DNA of 64,000 nt from an uncultured delta proteobacterium (GTDB lineage: Bacteria > Desulfobacterota > Binatia > UBA9968). This document shows, piece after piece, positions 41,800 to 50,373 of this stretch; positions within the stretch are counted from its first letter, which is position 1, and each line of letters begins with the position of its first letter. Under the pieces are notes generated by a model, which saw only the letters and a list, made by a program, of their open reading frames with translations, was not told the origin of the DNA and did no database searches. The stretch lies in the NCBI GenBank assembly GCA_963755715.1, contig CAVWLW010000067.1, positions 32,001 through 96,000 on the forward strand, given 5' to 3'. The position numbers and the translations under genes were made by a program.

Positions 41800-42770
41800 A
41801 CGTCACGGCCGTTGCGGATACAGTATTGCGGAGCGCTATATCATGTCATGAACCGCGGCACGGCTAGACAGATGACCTTTGTTGTTGAGGGCGACTACCA
41901 GGCATTTCTTAAGGTCACATAAGGTCACAGCCGAAGCCAACCGACTATGGGGCATCGAAGTATTCTCCTATTGTCTGATGAAAAATCATTATCATCTGTG
42001 CTTAAGAACCCCCAAGGGCAATCTCTCCCGCGTCATGCGCCATATCGACGGGCTTTACACGCAGCGGTTTAACCGACATCACAAACGAGACGGGCCACTA
42101 TTGAGAGGCCGCTACAAAGCCATACTGGTTGATGAGGACGAGCATTTAGCCCAAGTGGTCCGCTACATTCATTTAAACCCGGTACAGGTCGGAGTTGCGC
42201 AACAGCGCCGAGGAATATCGTTGGAGTAGCCATGTCAAGTACTTGCAAACGAAAGGAATACCGCAGTGGCTCAATACGGAGGAGGTACTCGAGCAAATGG
42301 GCGGGAGAAAGGGCTTTCACGAGTTTGTGCTCTCCGGCAATGAAGAAACATTGGAGAATTTCTATAACTCCAGGCGTCATAGTCCAGTGCTGGGAAGAGT
42401 TGCGTTTGCCCAGAGAATCAAGCGGCCGGAAATAAAGCTCGCCAGAGAAATACCTCGATATCAAAGAAGAGGTGTACAGCCCACTCCCGAGCAGGTGATC
42501 GGAAAGGTTGCCGGGATATATAAAGTCCCCACGGAGGGAGTCCTTCTGGGAGTGAGAGGCAAAGAGAATGAAGCGCGCAAGGTGGCGATGTATTTAGTCC
42601 GGCGATATTGCGATCAGACGCTTGGTGAGACGGCGAGACTGTTTGGGTTAGGGAGTTACGGAGCGGTGGGATGGGGTTGCCACCGAGTCAAGACAAAGAT
42701 GGAACGGGAGAAGAAGTTTAAAGATCGAATTGAGAGGATTGCTACCCAGATCTATCAACAAAAGATTTGA
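41800..42770 (+). mobile_element. Inactivated REP-associated tyrosine transposase (RAYT/Y1 HUH) with DnaA_C-like HTH
   Basis: SRPLRIQYCGALYHVMNRG; YCLMKNHYHL; YIHLNPV; YRWSS; ACG in place of the start codon; 10-bp duplication and a second frameshift. Confidence 0.88.
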
Positions 42771-43274
42771 CCGTGCGCCGCGGAAGCAGAGCGGTTAGTC
42801 GGTTAAAATCGGCGCGGGAATTATCGGTTCACCGCGGTAGCGAAGATTCGGTTTTGAGAGGCGACTGCCAGGACTAAGCGGGTCGAGAAAACTATCTCAG
42901 AGGAAGGATCGCGATCGCAGGCCGTACCACCAGGGACCCCATAGAGCCTCGCAACTTGTCATTGAAAGTGCCGACCCTGTGGTCAAGTGGGGAAGGCCGC
43001 AGGCATCTGTGAAACCAACCGAAGGGAACAGAAATTACTGAAGACAAAAAGGTTAGTGGTAGAAAATTTATCTGCAGCCGGTCGAGCCGAGATCAAACGC
43101 TCGGCTATTATTTGTAAGGGGTCTTGTGGCCAGGCTCTCCGATGTTACCCTTTTATTTGGAGAGCAGCTTAATAAGTGGCGCCGGCAGTTTTCCATCGGG
43201 TATTTTTTGTTGTGCCGATCCTTTTTCAAGAGCGACCTATTTATTAAGTGACGCGAATTAAATGAAAGGCGCGC

Positions 43275-43424
43275 TCAAAGGACTTTGCGCCGTTCGAGGA
43301 ATTCGATCAGCAAGATAATCAGGGCGAGGAGCAAGAGAAGATGAATCAAGCCGCCAAGCGTATAAGCGGTGATCAGTCCCACCGCCCAGACGATGATCAC
43401 GATAAAGAAAATCACTAACATCAT
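43275..43424 (-). CDS. lmo0937 / DUF5670-family small membrane protein
   Basis: VWAVGLITAYTLGGLIHLLLLLALI motif. Confidence 0.8.
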   Translation of the reverse strand: MMLVIFFIVIIVWAVGLITAYTLGGLIHLLLLLALIILLIEFLERRKVL

Positions 43425-43531
43425 AAAAATAAAAGATTCGCGCACAGGCGTGGGGATCCCCACGCCTGTGCGCGACTACATTCAATCCACTGCCTGCCAA
43501 TGGCGACTTGCGTCGCTCGATCTAGGCTCTA

Positions 43532-43720
43532 CTAATAGATGATCGATCCGCGCTCGATTTGGCTCTTGCGCTTTTCATACTCGCTGCGCGATATCCGTTC
43601 GTTCCGGTAATCGTCTTCGAGGCGATCCATTTGCCGCTTGGAGTTGTATTCATACCCCGCCCCGGTCGCCAGACTCCCCACTGCGGCACCGCCCAAGAAT
43701 TCGCAACCCCATTGGGTCAA
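43532..43720 (-). CDS. Small glycine-zipper lipoprotein-like protein (start uncertain)
   Basis: GCEFLGGAAVGSLATGAGYEY...RISRSEYEKRK. Confidence 0.55.
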   Translation of the reverse strand: MTQWGCEFLGGAAVGSLATGAGYEYNSKRQMDRLEDDYRNERISRSEYEKRKSQIERGSIIY

Positions 43721-43769
43721 GCCCGCGGCTAAGCGTTGACACGAGCTTTTTAGCTCTGTGCGAATATTC

Positions 43770-43827
43770 TACAAAGCATGTGCCAAATTTGCCGGTATAG
43801 GTGAATAAGCGTGTTATCAAGAGCTTA
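43770..43827 (-). promoter_or_regulatory. sigma54-like promoter with adjacent IHF site
   Basis: Minus strand TGGCAC-ATGCT-TTGTA (43785-43770); exact IHF consensus TATCAA-GAGC-TTA at 43815-43827. Confidence 0.6.
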
Positions 43828-44150
43828 GAGGAGGAGCGAAATCTATTCGGGCAAAAATGATTGTTCGGATTTCTCGACACTCTGAGCTAGGAAAAATCCT
43901 TCGTCTTCTCACTGCGAGATTTAGATCGTTCGCTCATCCGGCGCGCCTGTTAGCCTCCGCCGGTCAGCCAAGATCTCCTGTTAGCATTAGCGCAACCGAG
44001 GCAGCTCGCCAGCGAAAGTATAATCGCGGACATTTTGTCAGGAAAAATCGTGCGGATGATAGGCAACTTCGGAGATTTTGCCTGCGTGAATGAACCCAGA
44101 CGCTTCTTAGTTGGAAGTTATTAAAGGGAATTCGCCGATGATTGCAGTGG

Positions 44151-44166
44151 TGGCATGAGCGTTGCT
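44151..44166 (+). promoter_or_regulatory. sigma54 promoter
   Basis: TGGCAT-GAGCG-TTGCT, 45 bp upstream of ATG 44211. Confidence 0.7.
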
Positions 44167-44210
44167 CAGTTGCTCAAAAGTAAAACTAAGAAAAAATTTT
44201 GGAGGCAACG

Positions 44211-44393
44211 ATGCGTGCACGAAAACAAATAGATACCACGTTGGGCGAGCTGATTGTCGCGGTTAGCGATGCTGTCTCGCCACTGACTCACAATCGCACC
44301 AACGCCAATGTCCTCGTGTCTTACATCCTGAGCGATCTGGTCGCCTCGCGCCGCGTGCGGCTCAAAAAAAATTGCATACTCAAGCTCGCCTGA
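44211..44393 (+). CDS. Small hypothetical protein (60 aa)
   Basis: RBS ggagg; TTLGELIVAVSD motif. Confidence 0.65.
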   Translation: MRARKQIDTTLGELIVAVSDAVSPLTHNRTNANVLVSYILSDLVASRRVRLKKNCILKLA

Positions 44394-44467
44394 ACTCATC
44401 GAGTTGAATGGGTCGGCTGCTGGCGGATTCGCCGCAGGCGAAAAAATATTCACCAAAAAGGAAGCCG

Positions 44468-44572
44468 ATGTTAAAAAATGAAAATGGCAAGGTAGGGTGG
44501 ATACTTCTCTGGGCGATCGGTGTGCCAGTGCCTGTATTGATGCTGCTCTTCCTGGTTCGCGGATGCACCTAA
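44468..44572 (+). CDS. 34-aa membrane microprotein
   Basis: MLKNENGKVGWILLWAIGVPVPVLMLLFLVRGCT; RBS aagga; not in the ORF track. Confidence 0.7.
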   Translation: MLKNENGKVGWILLWAIGVPVPVLMLLFLVRGCT

Positions 44573-44581
44573 GAAAACTGT

Positions 44582-44998
44582 ATGCCTATGCGAACTACAT
44601 CGCGCTTCGGCCGGCTGGCGAGGCTCACCGCACATGCGATGGGACAACCGGCTGCGTTCGGTACCGCGTTGGCCATCATAATACTATGGGCGATCTCGGG
44701 TCCAATTTTTGGTTTTAGTGATACCTGGCAGCTCATTATTAATACGGGAACCACAATCATAACGTTTTTAATGGTCTTTATAATCCAAAACACCCAAAAC
44801 AGAGACGCCGAAGCTATGCACATCAAATTGGACGAACTGATCCGGGCCATGGATCAGGCGCAAAACGCGCTGTTAAATCTCGAAGAATTGGAGGAAGACG
44901 ATTTAGAGAGGATACGAGCCGATTATTTGCGACTGGCTGAACACGCGCGCAGCGAATTACGCGACGGCGACGTGCAGCCGAGTACAAACCATACGTAA
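44582..44998 (+). CDS. Low-affinity iron permease family protein (Fet4-like)
   Basis: GPIFGFSDTWQLIINTGTTIITFLMVFIIQNTQNRD...KLDELI. Confidence 0.92.
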   Translation: MPMRTTSRFGRLARLTAHAMGQPAAFGTALAIIILWAISGPIFGFSDTWQLIINTGTTIITFLMVFIIQNTQNRDAEAMHIKLDELIRAMDQAQNALLNLEELEEDDLERIRADYLRLAEHARSELRDGDVQPSTNHT

Positions 44999-45003
44999 AA
45001 AAT

Positions 45004-45564
45004 ATGCGGCATTCGTCCAAAAATTTAAGAGAATTTTGTGTTCGAACTCTCATCCTCGGGCTGTTCGTAGTTCAAGGTTGTTCGACGCTTTCTCGGGATC
45101 AGCAGCCACAGGTGCCACCTTTGGATAGCCAAGCTACCCCCGGCAGTGATCGCTCAGCCAAAATAGAATCCCACAAGGACGATAAGGGTGGGTCGAGCGC
45201 CACCGTTCAGCCGGCGCATATAGGCGAGGCCTCTTGGTACGGCCCCGGTTTTCAAGGCAAAAAAACTGCGAGCGGAGAAATTTTCGACGACTCGAAGCTG
45301 ACGGCGGCACACAAGACGATTCCATTAGGAAGCAAAGCAAAGGTCACCAATCTCACCAACGGAAAGACCGTCGAAGTAAAAATCAACGATCGGGGCCCTT
45401 TCATCGACGGGCGAATGGTCGATCTATCGCAAGCAGCCGCCAAAGCTTTGGGCATGATCGATCGCGGCACGGCGAGAGTTCAGATCGACTTGCTGCCCGA
45501 TATCAACCGAGAGCGGTCAGAAAATGCACCAACCATGACCATCGAAGAATCGTCGCGGCGCTAA
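45004..45564 (+). CDS. rlpA: RlpA-family lytic transglycosylase lipoprotein
   Basis: Lipobox VQGC; GEASWYG...TASGE...TAAHKTIPLG...INDRGPF...DLS. Confidence 0.9.
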   Translation: MRHSSKNLREFCVRTLILGLFVVQGCSTLSRDQQPQVPPLDSQATPGSDRSAKIESHKDDKGGSSATVQPAHIGEASWYGPGFQGKKTASGEIFDDSKLTAAHKTIPLGSKAKVTNLTNGKTVEVKINDRGPFIDGRMVDLSQAAAKALGMIDRGTARVQIDLLPDINRERSENAPTMTIEESSRR

Positions 45565-45581
45565 AGATCGGAGTCGCATCC

Positions 45582-45719
45582 ATGCAATTCTATATTGCGC
45601 TACAACCACTGGTCGCTTTGATAGCCGGAATACTGATTATCATGATTCCACGGTTATTAAATTATATCGTCGCTCTGTATTTAATTGTCACGGGTATTTT
45701 GGGGCTGATCCGCGTTTAA
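45582..45719 (+). CDS. DUF3096 small membrane protein
   Basis: PLVALIAGILIIMIPRLLNYIVALYLI. Confidence 0.85.
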   Translation: MQFYIALQPLVALIAGILIIMIPRLLNYIVALYLIVTGILGLIRV

Positions 45720-45753
45720 AATGACGTAATTTTGGCGAAAGGAGGATACTCCA

Positions 45754-45918
45754 ATGCTAAACTGGGCGATCACTTTTCTGGTAATCGCGTTGATTGCCGG
45801 GGTCCTGGGCCTGAGCGGTGTCGCAGGCGCGGCCACTCAGATCGCATGGATCTTGTTTGTGGTCTTCTTGATTTTGTTCATCGTCGGCTTGGTCATGGGA
45901 CGAAGACCGCCGGTCTAG
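45754..45918 (+). CDS. DUF1328 (YtjA-like) small membrane protein
   Basis: [39 protein letters not shown]; RBS ggagg. Confidence 0.9.
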   Translation: MLNWAITFLVIALIAGVLGLSGVAGAATQIAWILFVVFLILFIVGLVMGRRPPV

Positions 45919-46243
45919 GACCGCCGCAAGGTCGGTGGTGGCCGCCGGTGTGGTTGCCGCACTTGCGGGTCGAGTTAACAGACCCTACCGCAAACATACT
46001 GCCCCAAGGGTCTCGACCTTTTACGCGCCAAGATAATTGGAGCGGAGAAGGTCGGGACCTCCCTCCAATCACAGCATAATTTTTCGACCACATATTTCTT
46101 TTAAACAAGACGCTCAAATCCTACTTTCGAGCGTAGGTTTTTTTCATACTCTTCAGTCCGGCATGGATCGTAGCCTTCGCTTGCTTTTCAGCAAAGTCCA
46201 ATAATATCGCCCATTCAATCATGTCCGGAAAAATCGATCACCT

Positions 46244-46259
46244 TGGCTCGATCGTTGCA
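46244..46259 (+). promoter_or_regulatory. sigma54 promoter of the encapsulin operon
   Basis: TGGCTC-GATCG-TTGCA, 50 bp before ATG 46309. Confidence 0.65.
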
Positions 46260-46308
46260 CAAAAGAAGTTCAACTTTCCACACTAGGGCTTAAAGGGGGA
46301 GATTTTTC

Positions 46309-46684
46309 ATGTCATCGATCAGCTTGCATGAACCTGTCGAGCAACTGACGGAACGAACGATCAACTGTCACCGCGCGATAGTTTCTTTAATGGAAGAGCT
46401 GGAGGCGATCGATTGGTATAGCCAGCGGGCTGATGCCTGTTCGGATGCCGCAGTTGCGCGCAGTGATCGAGCATAATCGCGACGAGGAAATCGAGCATGC
46501 TTCGATGACCCTCGAATGGATACGCCGCAACATCCCCAAATTTGATGAAGCTTTAAAGCTCTACCTGTTTACTGAGGGCGACATTACGTCGCTCGAAGAA
46601 GCAGTTAAGGAAAATGGCGAGAAATCCGCCCAACCGCAGCGCCGCCAGTCCAAACTTACGATCGGTGAAATGAAAGAGGGATAA
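46309..46684 (+). CDS. Encapsulin-associated ferritin-like cargo protein (EncFtn/Flp), one frameshift near 46447
   Basis: HRAIVSLMEELEAIDWYSQRADAC plus LRAVIEHNRDEEIEHASM.LEW.RR; C-terminal targeting peptide LTIGEM. Confidence 0.9.
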
Positions 46685-46687
46685 GCA

Positions 46688-47536
46688 ATGCAGGAGGAAA
46701 CAGCTGTCACAGTCATCACGTCAGATCTGCTGAAGCGGATCGAATTGGCGGCGACTTCTGCCGCCAAGGAAATTCTCACCGGCAGACGTATCATCGACGT
46801 CGAAGGACCCTACGGCGGCGGTCTAACTACGGTCGAAGTAGGCAATGATGATTTGTGTCGCGAACCGGGTCCCGAAGAGGCGAGCGCGGTGGTCAGCCGC
46901 GCGGTTTCGGTGCCGATGATTTACCGGCGCTTCGCAATTTCAAAACGCCGCATCGTCGCATCTCAGGACATGGGCCAACCGCTGAATCTCAAGATAGCCG
47001 AGGATGCGGCTCAAGCAGTAGCCGAGCGCGAAGAGGAGTTTATTTACTATGGCCAGTCTGATTTTCATTTAGGCGGGCTTCTAACCGTCGAGGGGCGAAA
47101 CAATTTGAAGGCAGGAAACTGGGGCAACGTCGACGAAGTGCTTACTGACGTCCTCGCCGCCGTAAACGTATTGGATAGCAAAGGTTATCGAGGGCCGTAC
47201 GGGTTGGCTCTAGCGCCGGAACTCTACAATAATCTCTTTCGCCGCTATGCCGGCTCGGATCTACTCCAAATCGAACACCTGAAACGTCTTTGTACTCGCG
47301 GCATCGTCAAAGCGGCGATTGACGGATGCGTACTGGTTGCGCGGGACGTGGGATCGATCGTGCTCGGACAGGATATGCAGGTCGCCTACCTCGCCTCCGA
47401 CGCTGCCCACGAAAATTTTGCGGTCAGCGAATCCTTGGTCTTGAAGATCGAGGCTCCGGACGCCATCTGCACGATTGGCGTCGAAGCCAATGACTCCGCG
47501 AAAGAGCGGAAGCGAAGTGCTAAGCCGCAATCCTAA
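46688..47536 (+). CDS. Family 1 encapsulin shell protein (Linocin_M18)
   Basis: GRRIIDVEGPYG; AVAEREEEFIYYG; GYRGPYGLAL; LGQDMQVAY; ESLVLKIEAPDAIC. Confidence 0.92.
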   Translation: MQEETAVTVITSDLLKRIELAATSAAKEILTGRRIIDVEGPYGGGLTTVEVGNDDLCREPGPEEASAVVSRAVSVPMIYRRFAISKRRIVASQDMGQPLNLKIAEDAAQAVAEREEEFIYYGQSDFHLGGLLTVEGRNNLKAGNWGNVDEVLTDVLAAVNVLDSKGYRGPYGLALAPELYNNLFRRYAGSDLLQIEHLKRLCTRGIVKAAIDGCVLVARDVGSIVLGQDMQVAYLASDAAHENFAVSESLVLKIEAPDAICTIGVEANDSAKERKRSAKPQS

Positions 47537-47544
47537 GGAAAACC

Positions 47545-47820
47545 ATGAAAGACATTGAAAAGGCGCTGCTCAATCCTGCGATGGTGTTCAAAAACCCCCA
47601 GGAGGTCGTTGAAAGCAACGATTTATCGCCTGAGCAAAAGATCGAAATTCTCCGGCGCTGGGAATACGACGTTAGGGAACTGCAAGTTGCCGACGAAGAA
47701 AGTATGACAGCGCCCAAGCCGGAAGCGGTCACCTTGGATATGGTCTTAAAGGCGCTACATGCGGTGGGCGCGCCGCCCGACGTCGAGCGTACGGCGCCGA
47801 CGAAACAGGGGGGCAGCTAA
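47545..47820 (+). CDS. Conserved-looking hypothetical protein (91 aa)
   Basis: ALLNPAMVFKNPQEVV...LSPEQKIEILRRWEYD; RBS aagga; 8 bp after the shell gene. Confidence 0.75.
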   Translation: MKDIEKALLNPAMVFKNPQEVVESNDLSPEQKIEILRRWEYDVRELQVADEESMTAPKPEAVTLDMVLKALHAVGAPPDVERTAPTKQGGS

Positions 47821-47922
47821 GATCACGAATAGGGACACGCATTGGATGGTTGTTGGCAAATTCTCCAAGACGTGGCTGACGACCGAGTAAGCCGAGGATA
47901 ATCGCAAAGGAGGGATCACACG

Positions 47923-48669
47923 ATGTTGCGGAGAATGAAAGACCTGAAAGGCTTGGCTATCGGAGCAAAAGACGGCGATATCGGCGAGGTCAATGATTTT
48001 GTCTTCGATGACAAAAACTGGACGGTACGCTACCTGGTCGCCGACACCAGTCGCTGGCTGCCAGGGCGCAAGGTGCTCATCTCGCCTATCATTGTCGATC
48101 AAGCGGATTGGGAAGGAAAAAGACTGCCGGTCCTGCTCACCAAGGAGCAAGTAAAGAACAGTCCCGATATCAACATGGATGAAAATCTGTCGGCTCAGGA
48201 TGAAATTAAATATTATAATTATTATGGCTGGCCCTACTATTGGGCCGGCGACGAGATCTGGGGGCCGGTCACGGTACCGCAGGACATGATCACTGCGAGC
48301 ATTGACAGAAAAATTGCGCTCACCGAACAAATCAATCAGTCGCACTTGCGCAGCATGAAAGATGTGACGGGCTATACCATTCAGGCCACGGACGGCGAAA
48401 TCGGCGAAGTGCACGATTTCATCGTCGATGATGAACCATGGGTGATTCGTTATATGATTGTCGATACCGGTAATTGGTGGCCGGGAAAAAAGGTCCTGGT
48501 GGCACCGCCATGGATCGCCAACGTGGACTGGAAGAACTCGAAAGTTTATATCAACTTGTCACGCGAAACGGTCAAAAGTGGGCCGGAGTTCGATCCCGAC
48601 AGGCTCGATCGTTCCTATGAGCAAGAGCTCCATAACCACTACGGGCAAGAAAACTATTGGTGGTGTTGA
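47923..48669 (+). CDS. Tandem PRC-barrel domain protein
   Basis: Two repeats of A.DG.IG.V.DF..DD..W..RY...DT..W.PG.KVL. Confidence 0.9.
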   Translation: MLRRMKDLKGLAIGAKDGDIGEVNDFVFDDKNWTVRYLVADTSRWLPGRKVLISPIIVDQADWEGKRLPVLLTKEQVKNSPDINMDENLSAQDEIKYYNYYGWPYYWAGDEIWGPVTVPQDMITASIDRKIALTEQINQSHLRSMKDVTGYTIQATDGEIGEVHDFIVDDEPWVIRYMIVDTGNWWPGKKVLVAPPWIANVDWKNSKVYINLSRETVKSGPEFDPDRLDRSYEQELHNHYGQENYWWC

Positions 48670-48727
48670 CTTGGGAAGCAAGCGAGGGCCGGATACAAAC
48701 CTCTGTCAGGAGCAAGGAGTTGCCGAA

Positions 48728-49864
48728 CTAGAAATCCAGCAACTTTAATTGCACCATTCCGGTGATATTTGGGGAAGGGTTACTGACTGTCGGATTGGCG
48801 CGTTGATTGCGGTATTCGACCTGGAGCGAAAGATACTGGTCCGTGCCCAGAGACTTGCCGATTTTCCAATTCAAACTCGCCAAGGTGTTTAACGTGGACG
48901 CGTCCCGCACGGAGTCTTCGCTAATACCTCTGCTATAGGAAGCGCGGCCGGTCAACTGCAAGTTGCTCCACGGCGTGCAACTCAGCAAAAAACCCGCCAA
49001 GGGCGTGTCGGTTTTTGCCCCCGTCGTTTGGTCCCATTCCTGTTTGAAACTTAGATTCGGTTCGATCGAAAAAAAACTCGCCGGGCGATACGCAAGTGTG
49101 ACACCGTTGGTGAGGGCGTGTGATTCCTGCAGGTGAATGTTTCCCAAGGCGCTGGTCGAAATACTCGAGCTAAGAAGCGCGCTCCATCCGGAGCGGGCGA
49201 AATTCAATGAGGTGGCGGCGGTTCTTGTCAGGCTAGGTTGGTTCGTGTCTGAATTCATTTCGCGTAACTCGCCGAGCGTTCCGCGCAAGCGAAAAATTTT
49301 AAAATCGTATTCACCCCACAGCTCGTTCTCGTCGCGATCATTAGCGATCTTGGCCCCGGCCGTCGAGATGAATCCGCTGCCAAGCGACCGATGCAGCACG
49401 CCGTAGCCGACGTTGTCCCAATTGCCTCGCAGCGTCATGCGCGCCATCATAGGGCGCTGTTGATCGGTTACTCCAGCGAATCCCAAAGTGCTGTACGCCA
49501 GTTCACCTTCGCCGATCAATTTGCCGCTGAATTGAGACGTGGTGGCAGTAATGCCCAAGTAGCGCCCCCAGTTAGGATCGTTCGGATGGCTCGAACCTTC
49601 CGTCGGAGCGGCGCCTTCGGCGCGCTTTTCCATGTAGAGAGCTTTCATTTCAACGACCTTGGGCCACAAAGTCAGGGAAAAGCTTTGTTTGACAGGCTGC
49701 GCAAAATCTCGCGGCACTCCCTCAAGAGGAGCGTACGCCGCAGGAAAGAGACTCGTGGGGCCGGGAAAATCCGCTGGATCGGAATCCAGTGACAATGTCT
49801 CCGCCCCTACAGTTCGGCTGCAAAGGCAGGCAACGAATAGAAGAATTGACAGAGTCTTGGTCAT
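48728..49864 (-). CDS. Secreted / outer-membrane beta-barrel-like hypothetical protein
   Basis: Signal peptide; alternating beta strands; C-terminal Phe. Confidence 0.6.
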   Translation of the reverse strand: MTKTLSILLFVACLCSRTVGAETLSLDSDPADFPGPTSLFPAAYAPLEGVPRDFAQPVKQSFSLTLWPKVVEMKALYMEKRAEGAAPTEGSSHPNDPNWGRYLGITATTSQFSGKLIGEGELAYSTLGFAGVTDQQRPMMARMTLRGNWDNVGYGVLHRSLGSGFISTAGAKIANDRDENELWGEYDFKIFRLRGTLGELREMNSDTNQPSLTRTAATSLNFARSGWSALLSSSISTSALGNIHLQESHALTNGVTLAYRPASFFSIEPNLSFKQEWDQTTGAKTDTPLAGFLLSCTPWSNLQLTGRASYSRGISEDSVRDASTLNTLASLNWKIGKSLGTDQYLSLQVEYRNQRANPTVSNPSPNITGMVQLKLLDF

Positions 49865-50373
49865 GACGCACGCATGGCGACGCTGGAAAATGGTAGCGAA
49901 CGGAGGCGAGCTGCGGGGGAGAGAAAGATTTTTTAGATCTGACTAACCACTCGGAGAAGAATCGACGATGACCTCACATGCTGGAATCGAGCCATGTGGC
50001 GCGAGACAGCAATCGACAAACCAGCAAAAATCGCAACCCAATAATACAAGGAGTTCGATCCCAAATCCAGATTTTTTTTGTAAGGCGAGTCTACTTTTAA
50101 CAATCTCGTAATGTTTAAGGCAGGTCGCCCAGAAGCGCATAACTTTAGGCGCCGCAGTAGTTCAAAGAACCGGCGGCGACACGCGCGAGCACTTTGGAGA
50201 TCGTGACCATTCGTAACGAAAATTTATTTCAGTTGCGGCTAAAAACGGCGGGCGAGTCTCCTTTGACACCGACTGATTCCGCTAAAAAAACATCGCCAAA
50301 TTAATCCATCGTTATCGAGCCATTGACCCCCGGCTGTCTTGATTGACCGTCGATCGGCGTATACTCTTAGCGC

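Noticed and set aside
41727-42800. REP palindromes or terminal repeats around the RAYT
   Set aside because: Only a weak similarity (ataaagatctga versus caaaagatttga); no convincing repeated hairpins.
42771-43260. Possible group II intron start (GTGCG at 42773) or ncRNA in the unexplained non-coding gap
   Set aside because: No RT ORF or domain V seen, and a 5-mer match is expected by chance. An Rfam search would be needed.
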